The notes under the pieces were generated by a model that was not told where the DNA came from, ran no database searches, and saw nothing but the letters and a program-made list of their open reading frames with translations. The position numbers and the translations under genes are program-made. Positions 25,025 through 36,910 of a DNA stretch of 64,000 bases are shown here, piece by piece (positions within the stretch are counted from its first letter, which is position 1; each line of letters starts with the position of its first letter). The DNA comes from Takakia lepidozioides (Eukaryota; Plantae; Bryophyta), in the NCBI GenBank assembly GCA_030704615.1, contig CM060731.1, positions 89,776,001 to 89,840,000 of the forward strand, in the 5' to 3' direction.

Positions 25025-26295
25025 CGGCGCGATTTATCCAGTTCGGGGCCGAAAATGGCTAAGTCCCAGATCTGACTGGGCCCAGAAATGGAAAAATGGT
25101 GCCGAATTTCCGATTTTGGGTGCCAGTCAGATCTGGGACTTAGCCGTTTTCGGCCCCGAACTGGAAAAATGGCGTTTATTTATTTCTTTTTATTTCTTTT
25201 TATTTTATTTTCGGCGCCATTTTTCCATTTCGGGGCCGAAAATGGCTAAGTCCCAGATCTGACTGGCACCAAAATCGGAAATTCGGCGCCATTTTTCCAG
25301 TCATGCAGGTAATTCGAAGAGCGGATGGATGGAAATCCGGCGCCGGATTACCATCCGCCAACTAGGTCGGCGCGCAAAATTTCCGTCATGCAGGTAATTC
25401 GAAGAGCGGATGGATGAAAATCCGGCGCCGGATTTCCATCCATCCGCTCTTGGAATTACCTGCATGACTGGAAAAATGGCGCCGAATTTCCGATTTTGGG
25501 TGCCAGTCAGATCTGGGACTTAGCCGTTTTCGGCCCCTAACAAGAAAAATGACGTTTTTTTTTTTTTTTTTTTTTCGGCGACATTTTTCCATTTCGTTGC
25601 CGAAAATGTCTAAGTCCCAGATCTGACTGGCACCAAAATCGGAAATTCGGCGCCATTTTTCCAGTCATGCAGGTAATTCCAAGAGCGGATGGATGGAAAT
25701 CCGGAGCCGGATTTCCATCCACCAGGTAAGTCGGCGCGCAAAATTTCCGTCATGCAGGTAATTCGAAGAGCGGATGGATGAAAATCCGGCGCCGGATTTC
25801 CATCCATCCGCTCTTCGAATTACCTGCATGACTGGAAAAATGGCGCCGAATTTCCGATTTTGGGTGCCAGTCAGATCTGGCACTTAGCCGTTTTCGGCCC
25901 CGACATGGAAAAATGGCGTTTTTTTTTTTTTTTTTCTTTTTTTCTTTTTTTTTGGCGCCATTTTTCCATTTCGGGGCCGAAAATGGCTAAGTCCCAGATC
26001 TGACTTGCACCAAAATCGGAAATTCGGCGCCATTTTTCCAGTCATGCAGGTAATTCGAAGAGCGGATGGATGGAAATCCGGCGCCGGATTACCATCCGCC
26101 AACTAGGTCGGCGCGAAAAAATTTCCGTCGTGCAGGTAATTCGAAGAGCGGATGGATGAAAATCCGGCGCCGGATTTCCATCCATCCGCTCTTGGAATTA
26201 CCTGCATGACTGGAAAAATGGCGCCGAATTTCCGATTTTGGGTGCCAGTCAGATCTGGGACTTAGCCGTTTTCGGCCCCGACATGGAAAAATGGC

Positions 26296-26328
<33 letters not shown>

Positions 26329-28860
26329 GCGCCTTTTTTCCATTTCGGAGGCGAAAATGGCTAAGTCCCAGATCTGACTTGCACCAAAATCGGAAATTCG
26401 GCGCCATTTTTCCAGTCATGCAGGTAATTCCAAGAGCGGATGGATGGAAATCCGGCGCCGGATTTCCATCCACCAGGTAAGTCGGCGCGCAAAATTTCCG
26501 TCGTGCAGGTAATTCGAAGAGCGGATGGATGAAAATCCGGCGCCGGATTTCCATCCATCCGCTCTTGGAATTACCTGCATGACTGGAAAAATGGCGCCGA
26601 ATTTCCGATTTTGGGTGCCAGTCAGATCTGGGACTTAGCCGTTTTCGGCCCCGACATGGAAAAATGGCGTTTTTTTTTTTTTTTTTTTTTTTTTTTGGCG
26701 CCATTTTTCCATTTCGGGGCCGAAAATGGCTAAGTCCCAGATCTGACTTGCACCAAAATCGGAAATTCGGCGCCATTTTTCCAGTCATGCAGGTAATTCC
26801 AAGAGCGGATGGATGGAAATCCGGCGCCGAATTTCCATCCGCCAGCTAGGTCGGCGCGCAAAATTTCCGTCATGCAGGTAATTGGAAGAGCGGATGGATG
26901 GAAATTCGGCACCGGATTTCCATCCGCAAGGTTGGTCGGAGAGCGGATGGATGGAAATTCGGCACCGGATTTCCATCCGCAAGGTTGGTCGGAGAGCGGA
27001 TGGATGGAGATCCGGCACCGGATTTCCATCCTGCAGGTAAGTGGAATCCCGGATGGATGGAAATCCGGCGCCGCCTGCCGAATCCCGGATTTTCATCCAG
27101 CAGGTAATTCGAATCCCGGATGGATGGAAATTCGGCGCCGATTTCCATCCTGCAGGTAATCGATCCCGGATGGATGGAAATTCGGCGCCGGATTTCCATC
27201 CTGCAGGTAATTCGAATCCCGGATGGATGGAAATTCGGCGCCGAATTTCCATCCTGCAGGTAATTCGAATCCCGGATGGATGGAAATTCGGCGCCGAATT
27301 TCCATCCTGCAGGTAATTCCCGGATGGATGGAAATTCGGCGCCGGATTTCCATCCAAAGTGGAATCCCGGATGATGGAAATCGGCGCCGAATTTCCGTCC
27401 AGCAGTAATTCGAATCCCGGATGGATGGAAATTCGGCGCCGCATTTCCATCCAGCAGGTTACTGGAATCCCGGATGGATCGAAATCCGGCGCCGAATTTC
27501 CATCCTGCAGGTATTTCATCGCTGAGATTACCTTCCTGCAGGTAATTCTGATCAATGAATTACCTTCCTGTAGGTAATTCTCAGCGATGAATTACCTTCC
27601 TGCAGGTAATTCTGAGCGAGGAATTACCTTCCTACCTTCGTCGATAAGAATTACCTGCAGGAAGGTAATTCATCTTAGAAGGTAATTCATCGATCAGAAT
27701 TACCTGCAGGAAGGTAATTCTCAGCGATGAAATACCTGCCTAATGGAAATTCGGCGCCGAATATCCATACGCCAGCGATCCGACTTACCAGCTGGATGGA
27801 ATTCGGTGCCGGATTTCTATCCATCCGGGATTCAACTTACCTGCTGGATGGAAATTCGGCGCCGAATTTCCATCCATGGATTTACCTGCAGGATGGATGC
27901 GCGCCGGATTTCGATCGATCCGGATTTCACTTACCTGCTGGATGGAAATTCGGCGCCGGATTTCCATCCATCCGGGATTCAACTTACCTGCTGGATGGAA
28001 ATTCGGCGCCGAATTTCCATCCATCGGGATTCGAATTACCTGCAGGATGGATATGCGGCGCCGGATTTCGATCGATCCGGGATTTCACTTACCTGCTGGA
28101 TGGAAATTCGGGCCGGATTTCCATCCATCCGGGATTGCACTTACCTGCTGGGTGGAAATTCGGCGCCGAATTTCCATCCGGGGGCTGGTCTCTGTCGGAG
28201 AGGTGCCGGCCTCTCCGCCGCTCTGTTGGATATTCGGTGCCGAATTTCCGTCCGGCGGGTTGAAATATGACGGCCAGGTGCCGACCTCTCCCCCCTCCCC
28301 AACCGCATTGGAATGGCCCCGGATTGAAATTCGGCGCCGTTTTCCCATCTGGGGAGGTTTTATGTCGGCCAGTTTTCAGTCTGACACCCCGACAAGACTT
28401 CCTTGGGGGGCCCGGATGGAAATTCGGCGCCGAATCTCCATCCAAGGGATGCTCTCTGTCGAACACGTGCCGACCTCTACGCCCGAGGCGACTTCATCCG
28501 GGCGTCCCCTGTTCGATTCGGTGCCGAATTTCCGTCCGGGGGTTGAAATGTGACGGCCAAGTGCCGGCCTCTCCCCCTCCCCGACTGCATCCGAACCGCC
28601 CCGGATGGAAATTCGGCGCCGTTTTTTCCATCTGGGGATGTTTTTATGCCGGCCAGTTTTCGGCCTGACCCCCCCGACACGACTTCCTTTACCTGCTGGA
28701 TGGAAATTCGGCGCCGAATCTCCATCCAGGGGATGTTCTCTGTCGCACACGCGCCGGCCTCTGCGCCCGAGGCGACTTCATCCGGGCTTCCCCTGTTGGA
28801 TATTGGGTGCCGAATTTCCATTCGGGGGTAGTAATGTGACGGCACGGTGCCGGCTTCTCC
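24060..28860. repeat. Hierarchical palindromic/foldback array inside the MULE (core GGAAATTCGGCGCCGAATTTCC)
   Basis: Perfect 22-bp palindrome core repeated dozens of times. ~365-380-bp higher-order units at 25.1-26.8 kb. Large inversion centred near 27620. Confidence 0.95.
24342..24845. mobile_element. LTR-like ~500-bp insertion within the MULE array
   Basis: TGAAAGTACCCAC...GTGGGAGTCTTCA (TG..CA, imperfect terminal IR) and TATATAA at 24490. No TSD found. Confidence 0.35.
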
Positions 28861-29109
28861 CTTCAGCCGTCATCATCCGGACGGCCCCCCACTTTCTGAC
28901 TGCATACCGTTGGCAGTTATTGCGCAAAGACCAGGGGCCGCATTCCGGAGACAAGGTTCATTAACACTCTGACTGTGGATTTTTGAGATAGTTGGCTCCC
29001 TGGATTTGGATCAGGCTTCGTCGCTCGGACAAATCGGCATCGCATTCATTCCCATCGCTGCATCCCCCTTCTACCAGGGAGCTTCCCCGCACTCCATCCT
29101 GGGAGTCTT

Positions 29110-31205
29110 GTGTGCACATCTCCCATGGCGGAAAACCCGAGCGCAGTGTACTGCCCTCCTCACGAGCATAGAGCTTCATTTCCGTGCAGAGGGGACACCT
29201 GCCGGGTGATGGAGAAATATCTGTGCGTTCGATACCACCTGAAACCGGGTCGGTTTTTTTGGAGGAGGAAAGGAAGGACTCTAACGGCCTTGTTGTCGAC
29301 AGTATTGTTGTGCTCCACGATGATTTCGGCGATGGCAGGGAATGGCGAGTTCCACCATTGGACAGCGTCATATACAGGGCTGTTGGGGACTTATTTGCCC
29401 GCCAAATGCACCTTCTATCCTGGCGCCTTCCACGAAACAATCCGCGAATCAGAGAGTGGCTACCTCAAAGAGAGAAGTCCGCAACGAAGTAAATCCAGAG
29501 CCGAACCCATCCATGAAGACGAGCCAGAACCGGGTTGTTCACAACCTGTCCGACTCAGACGAGGTCATGGAAGTTCCGAGGTCGTCCTGGAGATCAGGCA
29601 AGTCCTCAATGGACGTCAGTGGAGGAGGGAGTCATATTCCCAGCACGAGCACCGCAGTTCGATCTATTCTTGAAATTCTGCGAGGGCTTCACCTGGAGGG
29701 ACACCGGTCGGAGCTGGCCGGGCTGGACTACAGCAAGTTCGCAATTAAATCGGTTACATGCCTTCCCGCCGACGTCGACGGTAATATCTTCTTTGAGTTC
29801 CCTCCTCGGGCGGACTACTCGAGGGCGTCCGGAATGTTGACAGATATGGATAGAAAACATGACGGTCATCCTTGGTGCGTTACCAAAACCACCAGCATGA
29901 AGATGCTCGATGGTGTGCGGGTGCGCTACGTTGTTTGTGCGGGCGCGTTGCGGTGTGTTTCTCCCCAACTTGCTTCCACTTTAAATCCAGAGGTCACAGG
30001 AACGAGACCGATTGGACAGGCACAGCTCATCAACCATTTCGAGCTCAGGAGAAGGTTCCGAACTCCACATTTAAGTGTGCGCATTGCAAAGAACCACCAC
30101 ACTGCATGTCTTTGTAATGCCAAGCAGTTCTATGTGTTGCACCGTTTCCCTGACCTCACACCAGCTTGCATACACGTTGGTTCCCATTGTCACAAATTGG
30201 CGAGGGGGAACTCGCGGGAGGCTGCCCACGAAGCAGAGCAGCTCGTTCAGGAGGAGGTTAAGTTGAGATCGGGTGCCAAACCCAAACAGATACAGCTCCA
30301 AGCCGCCCATAAGATGGCATTGGCCAGAATTATGTCGGAAGACGGCTCCGATAGAGTTCCTCTCGACGAGAAGGAAATGGAGGCATTGCTGGAGTCGGTG
30401 TCCCCGTATGTTCACCGAATGTCCGAAACCACATTGTCTCATGCAAACAGAAAATTGGGCGTGGCTCGGATATGCACTCCATTCTGGAGGTGAAGCGACG
30501 ATGTGGATATGACTACATTCATGGAAGTAGGTTTCCAGGACAATGGACTGAGGCAGATCGTTGTTTCGTATTCAAAATGTCCACGTGTGGACCTGGCAGC
30601 GGCGTCGAACTGGTTGACAGGATGACGAGTAGGAACTTGTCAAACAGTTTGGTCATGTTCGACCATATCAAGTGAATTACAAATCACCAGTGGGTGACAA
30701 TGGGTGCACATGTCTACGACACCCACTGCAGGATGCTAATGACAATTGCTATTTGTGAGATGAAAGGAGAGGACACACAATCGGAGATGCTTCTTGGCAG
30801 GGAATAAACGAACAGATGGCCAAGGCGGGATTGCCCCCTCCGAATTTCCGTGGTTTCATGGCAGACAACGCACAAGCAAATTGGGCTGCCATCCGAAGGG
30901 TGTACGGGCAAGACCCCAATGTTCCCATGGAAGGCAAGGAGAGATCTTGTGGGTTCCATTTTCTGCAAAGCCTTTCGCAGTACACAACCAGGCTCGTGGC
31001 GCCAGATTTCAGAGAGGAGCACCGTTCCATGTGCCTTGCGTGGAAGCGCGCTCCTACCTTGGATGATGCAGAGACACAGTTTGCATGCATACGGGCTTGG
31101 TGGACATCGTCAGGTGTTGTAAGGAAATCAGACGAGGGAGCAATGGTCAGTTGGCTAGCATGGTGGCATTATCGTTTCCTCCAGTTCGGCGACTATATGC
31201 GGGAG
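29110..31205 (+). pseudogene. MULE transposase (GCM/WRKY-like zinc finger plus DDE core), disrupted and 3'-truncated
   Basis: DGHPW..TKTT, C.G.L.C and HVGSHCH zinc-finger region; VMFDHIK (first D); FRGFMADNAQANW (second D); ERSCGFH (CxxH). Donor GAG|GTGAGT at 31205, with no downstream exon before the TIR. Confidence 0.8.
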
Positions 31206-32150
31206 GTGAGTTGCACGTCTGAAAATGCTAAGTCCGAACTGGCTAAGTCCGAACATGCACTGGAAAAATGGCGCTGAATTACCTGTCATGAGGGGACCTA
31301 TAGCCGCGGAATTCGTTCCCATTTTTCGCCAGAGAGACCTATTACCGCGAAATACGTCGCCGTTTTTCAGGTTACGGACCCTATTACCGCGAAATTCGGC
31401 GCCATATTTGCACATGTCGCTGGGAATTGGCATGAGCGGAAGACGAAATATCATGAGCACAACTGTCAAAAGTGCAATTTTCCCTTCAAGGGGCCAATAT
31501 ATTTGTTTTTCCTGACACATTGCATTAAATTATTGTTTTTTATTGTTTTTTATTTTCGAAATTTGTACTTCTGCTCATGAAAACCGATTGTGTTACTACT
31601 CTGCTCATGCCGCTCATGCCGCTCATGCTCATGAAATAGCAAACCTCCTTTGGATGTGACCATCGGCAGCTATAAAACTGATGTGTAGTAAGTAGGAGAT
31701 GAATCTAGAATTTATGGCGACTTAAATAAAACCGAGTCTGTGCTTCGGGATATAAGTCAAAATGTTGTAAGTGGGAAGGAAGGGACGGGAGGTCTTCCGT
31801 CCAAATACCTCTTTGTCAATTTCGGCGGCAGACACATCCCCGAATGATCTTTGGGCTTGGTTTCGTCTTCCCAGCTTCTCTCTGCTGACAGATAAGGACG
31901 ATTAGTTAGGTCTCAACTGAATGAAATCAAGAATGATATACAATTGACTTCCAGGTGCAAACACAAATTCTAGCCAGTTCTGATATGCGCTGCGGATCTC
32001 TGCTCTCAGTTTCTCCTGCTTTGGATCCCTTCGAGGTGTGGCTGGAGAGTATCCAGGACTCCAAGAGTCGCTGTCCGAAACCCAATCAGGGAATATCTTG
32101 GAGATTTCGTCGGTTTCGATTGAGTTCGACGCCTGTGCACCCTGAAAATT

Positions 32151-33257
32151 TTATCTGAGAGGATACACAGGTGCATCCAGGGCGTGCTCTTGTGGAGTGT
32201 ACAGTCCAGGAGTGTATTCTAGTGAATCATTGTCATTCCATGTACCTTGTTCAACAATAATGCCATAGGCTCGCTCAAGGGCATTGTCTTCTTTTGACGC
32301 CAGTTTACGCAGGTGGTGCTCAACTTCTACTTGTCTCTCAATTGGGTACGTCACATCAGCAATTCTCACTTGCTTGTCCGTCCCTCGTTTGACTCCTTGG
32401 CTGACCTTTCTTAGCTTCTTTTCCAAGTCACTTAATTTTTCTTCCCAAAGTTTGCAATCCATAGACCAGCTTGCTTTCTTTAGCCTTCCTTTGTTGCTCC
32501 TTAGAGGGAACAAGTTAGTTGTCGTCAAACCTGGCTTCTCCAGATGTTGAGCCTGCATCTCATGAACTTCTTTTATGTGACCGTACAGCCAGTTGTGGTG
32601 AACTCGCTCTATGGAGAGTGGAAGATGAAGCCCTAGCTCACGCCAAGACAAGGCTTGATGAGAAAGCGAGTCTTGACGACGTCTCAGGATAAACGGCCAG
32701 CGTTTTTGCAAGGCCACAGCTTGCCGTGTCAAGCAAAGAGAATCCTCATCGATCACAACAGGGTTAGAGTCAAGATGCCTAGGATTTAGCACTTGTCGTT
32801 CAATAAAGTAGGACACATCACGTTGAACTGCGATTTCTATCTTGTCAAACCAAAACTGATCAACAGAAAGCAGATTGCACAAAGAATTATCATATTCTTG
32901 AGACCTTTCTATGTCTCTCTCAAACTCTAGCTCGCGCTCCCCGTGATCAACATAATCAGGGCCAGGGTCACAGAACTTATCAAAGTTGTAATTCGGATCA
33001 CAACTATCAAGCGAGCTTGGTGACCTTGCACTCGGCCATGGCCAGACCTCCGCTTCAAGCACATCCCCGTAGTCACTGTTGTTAGGAGAGGATAGAGGCA
33101 CAAGAGGACTCACCACGTTAGCATTGGGCTCAAGCACCGGTGACACCGGCAAGGCAACGATGCCAGATGGCGCACTAGCAGCAGTAGGGTTAGCAGAGTT
33201 AGGCTCAAGCGTTAGCACTAGATCAATCTGAATTTGAAAGCTTGCTCTCTCCTTCAC
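32151..33257 (-). CDS. Orphan 368-aa ORF of unknown function, probably TE cargo
   Basis: Uninterrupted long frame with Pro/Ser-rich N-terminus, acidic segment and coiled-coil-like LWEEKLSDLEKKLRK. No recognised domain; start codon is GTG. Confidence 0.45.
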   Translation of the reverse strand: MKERASFQIQIDLVLTLEPNSANPTAASAPSGIVALPVSPVLEPNANVVSPLVPLSSPNNSDYGDVLEAEVWPWPSARSPSSLDSCDPNYNFDKFCDPGPDYVDHGERELEFERDIERSQEYDNSLCNLLSVDQFWFDKIEIAVQRDVSYFIERQVLNPRHLDSNPVVIDEDSLCLTRQAVALQKRWPFILRRRQDSLSHQALSWRELGLHLPLSIERVHHNWLYGHIKEVHEMQAQHLEKPGLTTTNLFPLRSNKGRLKKASWSMDCKLWEEKLSDLEKKLRKVSQGVKRGTDKQVRIADVTYPIERQVEVEHHLRKLASKEDNALERAYGIIVEQGTWNDNDSLEYTPGLYTPQEHALDAPVYPLR

Positions 33258-35164
33258 GACTCACGACACATCTAGAGACCGACGCAACGTCAGAAGCCAT
33301 AGCACACAGAGCGTAAGCAGGATTAGTGAGCGAACAGGGACAAAACACAACAAAGAGCAAAAATGCAGCAGATGCAGGAGGCCGCCATCCCTTAAAGAGC
33401 TGCTTAGCACAAAGACGAGGGCAAAGTAAGGCGTCCAGAGATCAGCGAAAGAAATTTCTACGCGCTACCCGACAGGTTTCCACCACAATATGAGCTGGAG
33501 AGGATATGCTCCCTTCCTCTCAGGTGAGCAGGTCAATGCAAGGGGGAAAAGCGAGAAAAACGAGCGAATGCGCAAGAGGAGAATCAACGCGTAGCAACTG
33601 ACACACTCTGACATGCACAGAAACCGTCCACACCTTCATACACTCAGAGTACACCTTAACACAAAGACCCTCACTCAGGCTCAGTCTCCCGCTTATACAG
33701 GGAACCCTAGGACAGAATAGCCCTGCCGCTTGGTGAGGCGCTAGAGGCTTGCTACGTGGCGCCTCACTATCTTAAACTAGTGGCTAAGATGGTGCCAGCA
33801 GTTACGTTAACCCTAACTAAACCATAATTGTAACGGACTGCAACGGTACAATCGCCGAAAAAATACAAGGATGGATGAATACTACTGAACGGCTTTAAAG
33901 GTAATTTAGGGCATGGGAGGCAATGGGGCTTCACAGCCTAGACGCCACCTTGGTGTGAATAGCTAACATTGAATGTCATCATACCCCCTTTAAAAACAGT
34001 GATAATCCAATTCACTTGCACATAAAAGATAGGGATGGATTTGGAATATGGTTTTAAATAATAAACAAGGGGCCGGTGGTCGGGGATGGCGCTCCGCAGT
34101 TTGCGGTGAGTGTATCCTGGGACTTAGCCGCTTTCCCCAACCTCTCCCTCAGCTGGAATGGTTTTGTCGATGCAGAAGACCATCCAGTTTCCCCCTATCT
34201 CTCTCACGATGCAGAAGGCCATCTTGCTCCCCCCCCAATCTCTCTTGCAAGTCAAGTTTCCCCATCAGGCGGTAACATGAGCAAGTTCCGCTATGTTACC
34301 CAACCATCTCCCCCCCTACGCTCTCTTTCAAAGCGATGACGAAAAAGGAAAACCTAAAGCATATGTTGAGATTTCATCTTCCCAGTGTTCATCTTCATGT
34401 GCCTCTCTTCTCAAGTCTTTCTTCATACATAAGATCTAACAGAGTTCTTCCCACCCCCCCGGCTTCCCATGTTGGTTTAATGAGCCGCCACGCTGACACA
34501 CCCTCCCTCTACCATTGTCTCAGGCACTTAAGCTCTTGTCGCTAATCGGTGGCTCCCCGAGCCCTGCAGTGGTCTGCAAGATGCAGTGGCTCTTAATGAG
34601 CCTTGAAAGAGTGCAGTATGGAGACGCTGCCAAGCCGCCATGCATTCTCTACAGGAAGGGAAGTCTTCTCTTCTTCTATTAACCCCTCCTTTCTGCTGCA
34701 TAAACCAAGGATAGAGGCGAGCTCATGTTTCTTTCTCTAAATGTTGATGTTGATGCAATTCTCCATGCATTCAGCTGAATTAGCTATCTATCATCTCTTA
34801 CAGCTTGTCGCATTTGCGGTCTTCGCTCCACATCATTCCCTTGCATAATCCACATCTATCCCACCCCTCCACTCGCTACCTCATTCCTCTCCTCCCTCCA
34901 CTCTAATTCTTATTCCCATTCTTGCTTCTCGCGCTTGTCGTATGCTTGAAACGCCTGCTAATCGCAGTTTTGTTGCGGCTGTCCCATGGATTCCACAGGT
35001 CGTGGTTCCAGGAAGGCAAGACGTGGAGGAGTGTCCGGCGGTTTGTCTCCGGCAGCGAAAGCAAAAAATCAGATTTGGACCAGAAATTCCTCCATGTTGC
35101 AAGTCGAAGCTGCCTCCATTCTAGGAAAGGGCCCCTCAGCCTCTGCCCCCCGCCCTCACCATTG

Positions 35165-36022
35165 ATGACTGAGAACGCGTGGGAGGACACAACGGTGCAA
35201 GAAGACAAGGAGCAGCCTGTCATAAATTTGAACAAAGCTAAGCTGCAGGCTCAAGTGCAAAAGTTAACAAAGACAAGCATCCTCTTGTACTTCCCTGGAA
35301 AGCCGCGGACGAGAAAATCAATTCGTACTTGGATTATTGAGCACCTAGGAACTGTTGGTGGATTGGCACAACACTTTAGCCTTTCAATGGGGAAAGGCTT
35401 CTACGCAATCATCTTCAGCTCGCCAGCAGATGCAGAAAAGGCTTTGCGCTTCAACACGCAGATATCCGCCTCCAAAGTCCACATCTTTCCTTGGACCCAG
35501 GATTGGGGACACAAGAAAGGCATCTTGTGGAAGCCGAGAGTCATTGCCATCCCCTTCCTACCTCCCACGTATCTGACTTCGCTCCCTAAGATAGGTGCCA
35601 GCTTTGGTTCATTCATAGGGGCAATCAATGTTCTGGAGCCAGCTCAGGACAAAATTCTCAGTGTCGATACCGAGGTCACACATTCTCAGGTTAGTGAGGA
35701 CATTGGCATCCCCAAGATCATTGTGCTCATGCCTGAAAATGCAGCCATTGGCACCTCTATCAAACTGCCCACCTTGGATGACTCTTACATTGTGGTAGCA
35801 GTGAAAGAAGAGGTTCTCTCGGTGATTTGTTACCACTGCAATGCTATCAAGGTAGACTGCCCAATCATCAAGATCACAAGAAAGGAGGAGGGCTCCTCCC
35901 AGCCACTCATACCTCCAAGGCCAATCAAACGCAGCAGGAACAAGAAGCTCAAAGAAATTCAGATGATCAAGCAATGGTTGACGTGCTGCCTTCCAAAAAA
36001 AGAAAAAGAGGCTCCGAATTGA
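35165..36022 (+). pseudogene. LINE ORF1 (DUF4283/RRM-like plus degenerate zinc knuckle)
   Basis: MGKGFYAIIFSSPADAEKAL, HIFPW, IPFLPP..LPKIGASFG and ICYHCN..DCP, typical of plant L1 ORF1. Confidence 0.75.
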
Positions 36023-36910
36023 TTGAAGTGGTGTCCCCCATTAAACCAACAGGATCGGGCTTCTTCCCAGTGCGCGTCAGGGAGGCTTGGGGTTCTTTCC
36101 CTTTCTCAGTCTCTGATATGCAGCAGCTGGACTCTATCAGCTTGGCAATCACGATTCTGGAGCTGCATTCTTTCAAGCTCAGCCCCCTGCCAGGGTGGGA
36201 ACCAGGCTCCTCATTTGAGAGAGAAAAGGCGGCAATTTGTGTCACCCCCCTGCTCTACAATTTTGTAGATGATTACACCAGTTTCTTCCTGCCAAGTGTG
36301 AAGCAAGGATTCCAATCTGCATGGGTTTCGGAAGCATTGCTCTTCATTTCGGCATTGGGAAAGAAAGAGAGCTCGCATTGACCCTCACACAAAACATTCT
36401 CAAGGACTTCTTTCCAAAACTAAACCTGACTCTATCTCACATGCAGCATATTGGCATAATGGTTGAAAATATTGTCTCTCTTCCAGATCTTGTTGTTGTT
36501 CATGTCGTGCCCGTTATTTTCGGTAGGGGCTTGGATACCTCTGGGGCTCATTACTCATGGATTTGGGTGAGTAAGCACTACCTGTCTTGCAAAGTCAAAG
36601 ACCCCACTGAGTGGGCAAGAGGCACAAAAATAATGGAGGTAGGTTCCAAGTTGGTAGATGAGCATTACCAGCTGCTACATCCTCGGACGGAATCTGGGCA
36701 ACCCCAGCAGGAGCCAAATCTCAACACACAAATGGTGCTGGCAAACACAAATCACTTCAATGCATCCTCCAATGCTGCAGCAGATCCCTCCATCATCTTT
36801 CTGCTACCGGAAGAGACAGTGGACTCGCCCCCACAGGTGAGCATCTCTACTGCGTGCTCCCCCCTCTTCTTTTATGTGCTTGACCACTCAGACTGTAAAC
36901 GGGTATGGAC

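Larger units (their letters stand above)
23876..31647 (+). mobile_element. Mutator-like element (MULE) with TIRs and a 9-bp TSD
   Basis: TSD CTTTGGATG at 23867-23875 and 31648-31656. Termini GGGGGCTGCTATTTCATGAGC... and ...GCTCATGAAATAGCAAACCTC, with (GG)CATGAGC repeats. Internal MULE-type transposase. Confidence 0.92.
7451..33300. mobile_element. Large multi-gene DNA transposon (Sola1-like transposase plus cargo) defined by dispersed ACGGGAGRYCTCCCGT palindromes; hosts two nested insertions; termini not established
   Basis: At least 17 motif copies between 7451 and 31800, on both sides of but not inside the nested chromovirus and MULE. The 9-bp TSD of the MULE shows that 23.87 kb and 31.65 kb were once contiguous. 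Extension to the ORF ending at 33257 is inferred from proximity only. Confidence 0.6.

Noticed and set aside
25386-28964. Many overlapping ORFs (MEIRRRISIH / MDGNSAPNFH repeats)
   Set aside because: These are artefacts of the palindromic array and appear symmetrically on both strands.
33978-34001. CACTGTTTTTAAAGGGGG (minus strand) as the right terminus of the large element
   Set aside because: No partner TIR or TSD in the window, and a CACTG end does not obviously fit a Sola-like transposase. Left unassigned.
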